This document shows positions 60,706 to 64,000 of a DNA stretch of 64,000 nt, piece by piece (within the stretch, counting starts at the first letter, position 1; each line of letters starts with the position of its first letter). The position numbers and the translations under genes were made by a program. Origin of the DNA: Lama glama (lineage: Eukaryota); NCBI GenBank assembly GCA_028534125.1, contig CM052816.1, positions 56,670,001 through 56,734,000 on the forward strand, read 5' to 3'. A model generated the notes under the pieces. The model did not search any database. It worked only from the letters and a program-made list of their open reading frames with translations, and had not been told where the DNA came from.

Positions 60706-63700
60706 GTCCCAACATAATCAAGTGCATTCATGTGTTCATGCATTCATTGGTGAATCCATTCATTTATTCATTCATTCAAATCCCTCCCTTAAAAGTAAAG
60801 CACCAGGAAATGCACTTACAGTTCATGACACTGGAAAAGCATCATTTTAGTCTTTTTGCTGAAATTTGGTTTAGGAGAGGGAAGAAAGTAGATTCTTTTC
60901 ACCTTTAAATGACAGGGAAATACTGCATTGATTACTTTCCTCACAAGAACATCTATCTCACCTTGATCATTTTGGTCAAAAATGACATTGTTAGGCAGGT
61001 TTCCACCCTCGTGTTTTGTTTTGTTTTTTTCTGGGTCAGTGTTGAATCAGTCATTCAATTAAGCCTATCATGAAATACATTTTCTGAAAATTTCCCAAAC
61101 TGCACATCCTCAAAGTTAGCCAAGAGTCTAAAAAAACAAAATAATCATCTCTAAAACTATATCTACCATATCTACATATCAAAATTTCTTTATCTCTTAT
61201 TTGAAGAGGAAATATTTTAATTTACTGGCAGCAGCATTTGTAAAAACTCTTCCACATTCTTACCAGAAGCAATAACTTCTTTGAGTAGGATCACTTTAAC
61301 GTGAGTTTTCCCAGTACTTTGTTAGCTTCCAGGCTCACACAGTGAAGATTTAGGCTTTTGTCCCCACGTTCATTAAGGTAATCAATTCACGCCCAGCTCA
61401 GAGCCAAGGGAGCCCATGAAAGACAAACGTAGTACCTGATCCTTCCTGATGCTTTACCTCAGGCTGCTTGTTCAGTGCATAAAATAACTAAAAATTAAAA
61501 AAAAATCTTCGCAGGTAGTTGAGTGGATACCCTTAAAGGCAGCCAAACACATCCCCCCGCCCTTGCAGTGTTGCTGCTCCTTACAAAGGGGAGGGGACCC
61601 AGCCCACGGTCCTCAGGGGGTGTACATCGGGGTGTAACTGCACTACCTCACACCGGAGCCCAAAGGCAGAACATGCCCTCACCACTATATGCTGACTAAC
61701 AGACCATCACATTTTGGCCTAAGCGTTCACTGTCTTCTCCTTCCAATTTCCGTGCCAGTGAAAAGTAGTTTGCATATGCGAAACTGTTTGAGTATATTTT
61801 AGAGCTCATGCTAAACAGAAGAATCAAGCATCTGAAAATACAGGATGAGCTCTGCTTTGGGTATCATCTATTATGCCAACCTGGATAAATTAACAAGGAA
61901 TTAAAACCAGGACAGCTTTTTTCGGTAGGAATAAATCCATCAAGAGTCAGAAGTGTAACCTACTCACTGGAAGTAACAACACAGCTCTGAAAACCTTTAG
62001 TTTCTTAAAAGGTACAATCTTAATCAGATGGAATATACATTTAAGCTTCTATATTTGTTATAAGAACAGCCTCAAAACAGAACCATATGGAAACAAGTAT
62101 AGAAAACACAATCTACACATATCCAAGAGTTTAGGCTTATATAATTTTAAGAATATTTAATACCTCCATATTTACTATGCTAAAATAAGAAAAAAAAAAT
62201 CCAGCAGAGCTGAACAGTTAACTGCAAGGGTACATCTGAGATGACAAGAATACAAACCTAAGATCCTAAACACACAGATTCTAGAAGCGTTTGGCAAAGC
62301 CAAGTACGTGAAGCCTCTTCCTCCTTGACTTCTAGTATCACACCATCCCATCTTCTGCCATCTGCCTCTAGCAAACATCAGTGCCAGGATGGAAACACGC
62401 TTCCTTTCTGAATCATTCCTACAAAGACTCCCCAAAATAAGGCTGACTGCACTTGAGCACGATTCCCCTGAATTCAGGGGGAAAAAAACCTAAACTACGG
62501 TAATTGTTTCAGTAATTCAGAAGAATCCAGAATCCCTCCCACCTAGATGACTGGTATCTAAACTGAATGAGGTAAACACTCACAGACTCCTATATGAGAG
62601 CCCAAACCATCTTTGAGAAAGAGAAACATCAACGCTCAGAACATACAAGAAAGGACTGAGGCTTCCAAGGACACATTAGAAAACAGAATATTAAAATCAC
62701 CTGCTCCTTTGGAGTTTTGCATGGAGTGGTCTCTGAGCATGCAACTCGTGTTTTTTGTTGCTGGTGGATTTATGAGACGCAGAGCACAGGGCCTTTATTG
62801 CAGTGTTACAACGTTCTGTATGATTAATTGATTGCAAATCACCACACAGGGTGCCAAGATCAGTGGTAGGAAGCAGGTCATTAAATAAAATGAAAACCCT
62901 GCCAATGTTTTGCTTGTAAATGTTTCTTCCAAAGCCTTACAACGGCCCCAGTCCCTACAAAATGACCTCAATTCACCTGGGAAGTAAAATCTCCTGTATT
63001 TTTGGCAGATGAGCCAAATATTCTACATTTAATCCAAACCTCCAGTATGTTATGTTTTGGGGGTTGGGGGGGAGAGCTGTCGTGTAATGAAATTTGCACA
63101 AAGAGCTATGGAAAAGAACTACCATGAAAATAATTAAATTTTGCACAGTCTTACCGTGAAACTGTTCAGTAAAAGGCTCAGAGCCCTCTCCTGCATAACT
63201 TGGAACCTTGTAAGACTACATTTTTCCTTAGGTAAAACTTCAAACCAAGCTTTAACGTTTCAAATTAAATTGAATTAATGTCTCATCCAGAAGGAGAATG
63301 GATATCCTGGTCCCGCATCCAAGGAAACTCCACAATGATTTATCGTGGCAAATTAACATCTCTACAGATCAAAACTCAGGCCCCGGCTTATTTATTATCT
63401 GGCTCGACGTCTGAGCAGAACAACAGGACAAGACTTCTCCCCTCAACCAGCTGTTTCTGGGTACTGACCAGCTGAGAACACACAGGTGCCTTTCAGTCAG
63501 TCGGTCTAGGGTAAAGCAAAGGGAGATATTTCTTAAGATGCCACCACCCTTAATTTTAAGATTGCTGTAATAAATATGTGATCTTTCAGGCAATATTTGA
63601 AGGCTGACAAGTAGAAGGTGGTGCCAGGGAAATTGGTACACGTTCTAGGAGTGCACTTAGCTACACAGATACTAATTGTCTTGCCTGGGGAGATACACTG

Positions 63701-64000
63701 GGCTGTTACACAGGATTTAGCAGAAGAAAAAGCATTTATGAAAGTGTTTCATTGATGCTGAACTAGCTGCCCGTGTTTAGTTCACTGGTGTTCGAGCTAC
63801 TTTACAGTTCAGAAAGAAATACCCCAGCGAATAGATAGGCTGACTAACTGTTACTGATGTAATAATTAAATGCTACATTGTTTATGTGCCATCTTCCTAA
63901 AATGACAGCAATGGATTCATTTCTACTTGTTGAGAATAAATTAAAGCATTTTATGGAGAATGTGTTTTAGCCTTTGGAGTTTTCAGTGACTACCCAGGGC

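Larger units (their letters stand above)
46859..64000 (-). other. ARHGEF28: Last intron of ARHGEF28 (continues beyond the window)
   Basis: No recognisable upstream coding exon between the acceptor and the window end. Repeat-rich, with one N-gap. Confidence 0.65.

Noticed and set aside
62465..62480. 16-bp palindrome cccctgaattcagggg
   Set aside because: About one is expected by chance in a window this size.
1..64000. The many short ORFs in the supplied track as genes
   Set aside because: This is eukaryotic intronic and intergenic DNA. The ORFs use alternative starts, overlap repeats or N-gaps, and show no recognisable homology apart from the ARHGEF28 exon and L1 ORF2.
1..64000. CRISPR arrays, operons or prokaryotic defence systems
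   Set aside because: No regularly spaced repeat-spacer array and no dense coding. The sequence is clearly mammalian.

Overview
This is mammalian genomic DNA, almost certainly from a camelid: it carries two Vic-1-type tRNA-derived SINEs and cetartiodactyl-type L1 3' ends. It is a draft assembly with four N-gaps. The only protein-coding sequence I can support is the terminal coding exon of ARHGEF28 (RGNEF/p190RhoGEF) on the minus strand (46858->46695, ...GDGAEENIVYL*). It is followed by a ~1 kb 3'UTR ending in a ladder of four AATAAA signals. 46.86-64 kb is inferred to be the last intron, and 1-45.5 kb is downstream intergenic DNA. The rest is ordinary eutherian interspersed repeats (MIR, L2, L1M/HAL1, MLT, LTR16, ERV1 solo LTRs, MER DNA transposons), plus several repeat-free, homeodomain-motif-rich stretches that look like enhancers. 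Nearly all ORFs in the supplied track are spurious. Most notable observations: (1) a 350-bp, TSD-flanked L1 in which the 5'UTR is joined to the 3'UTR at an apparent splice junction, removing both ORFs; (2) a 5'-intact, 3'-truncated L1 without poly(A), flanked by a direct repeat that matches its own ORF1 sequence (possible internal priming); (3) a possible decayed Tc1-type transposase; (4) a perfect 24-bp palindrome. All repeat family names come from recalled consensus sequences, not from a database search, and boundaries without a TSD are approximate.
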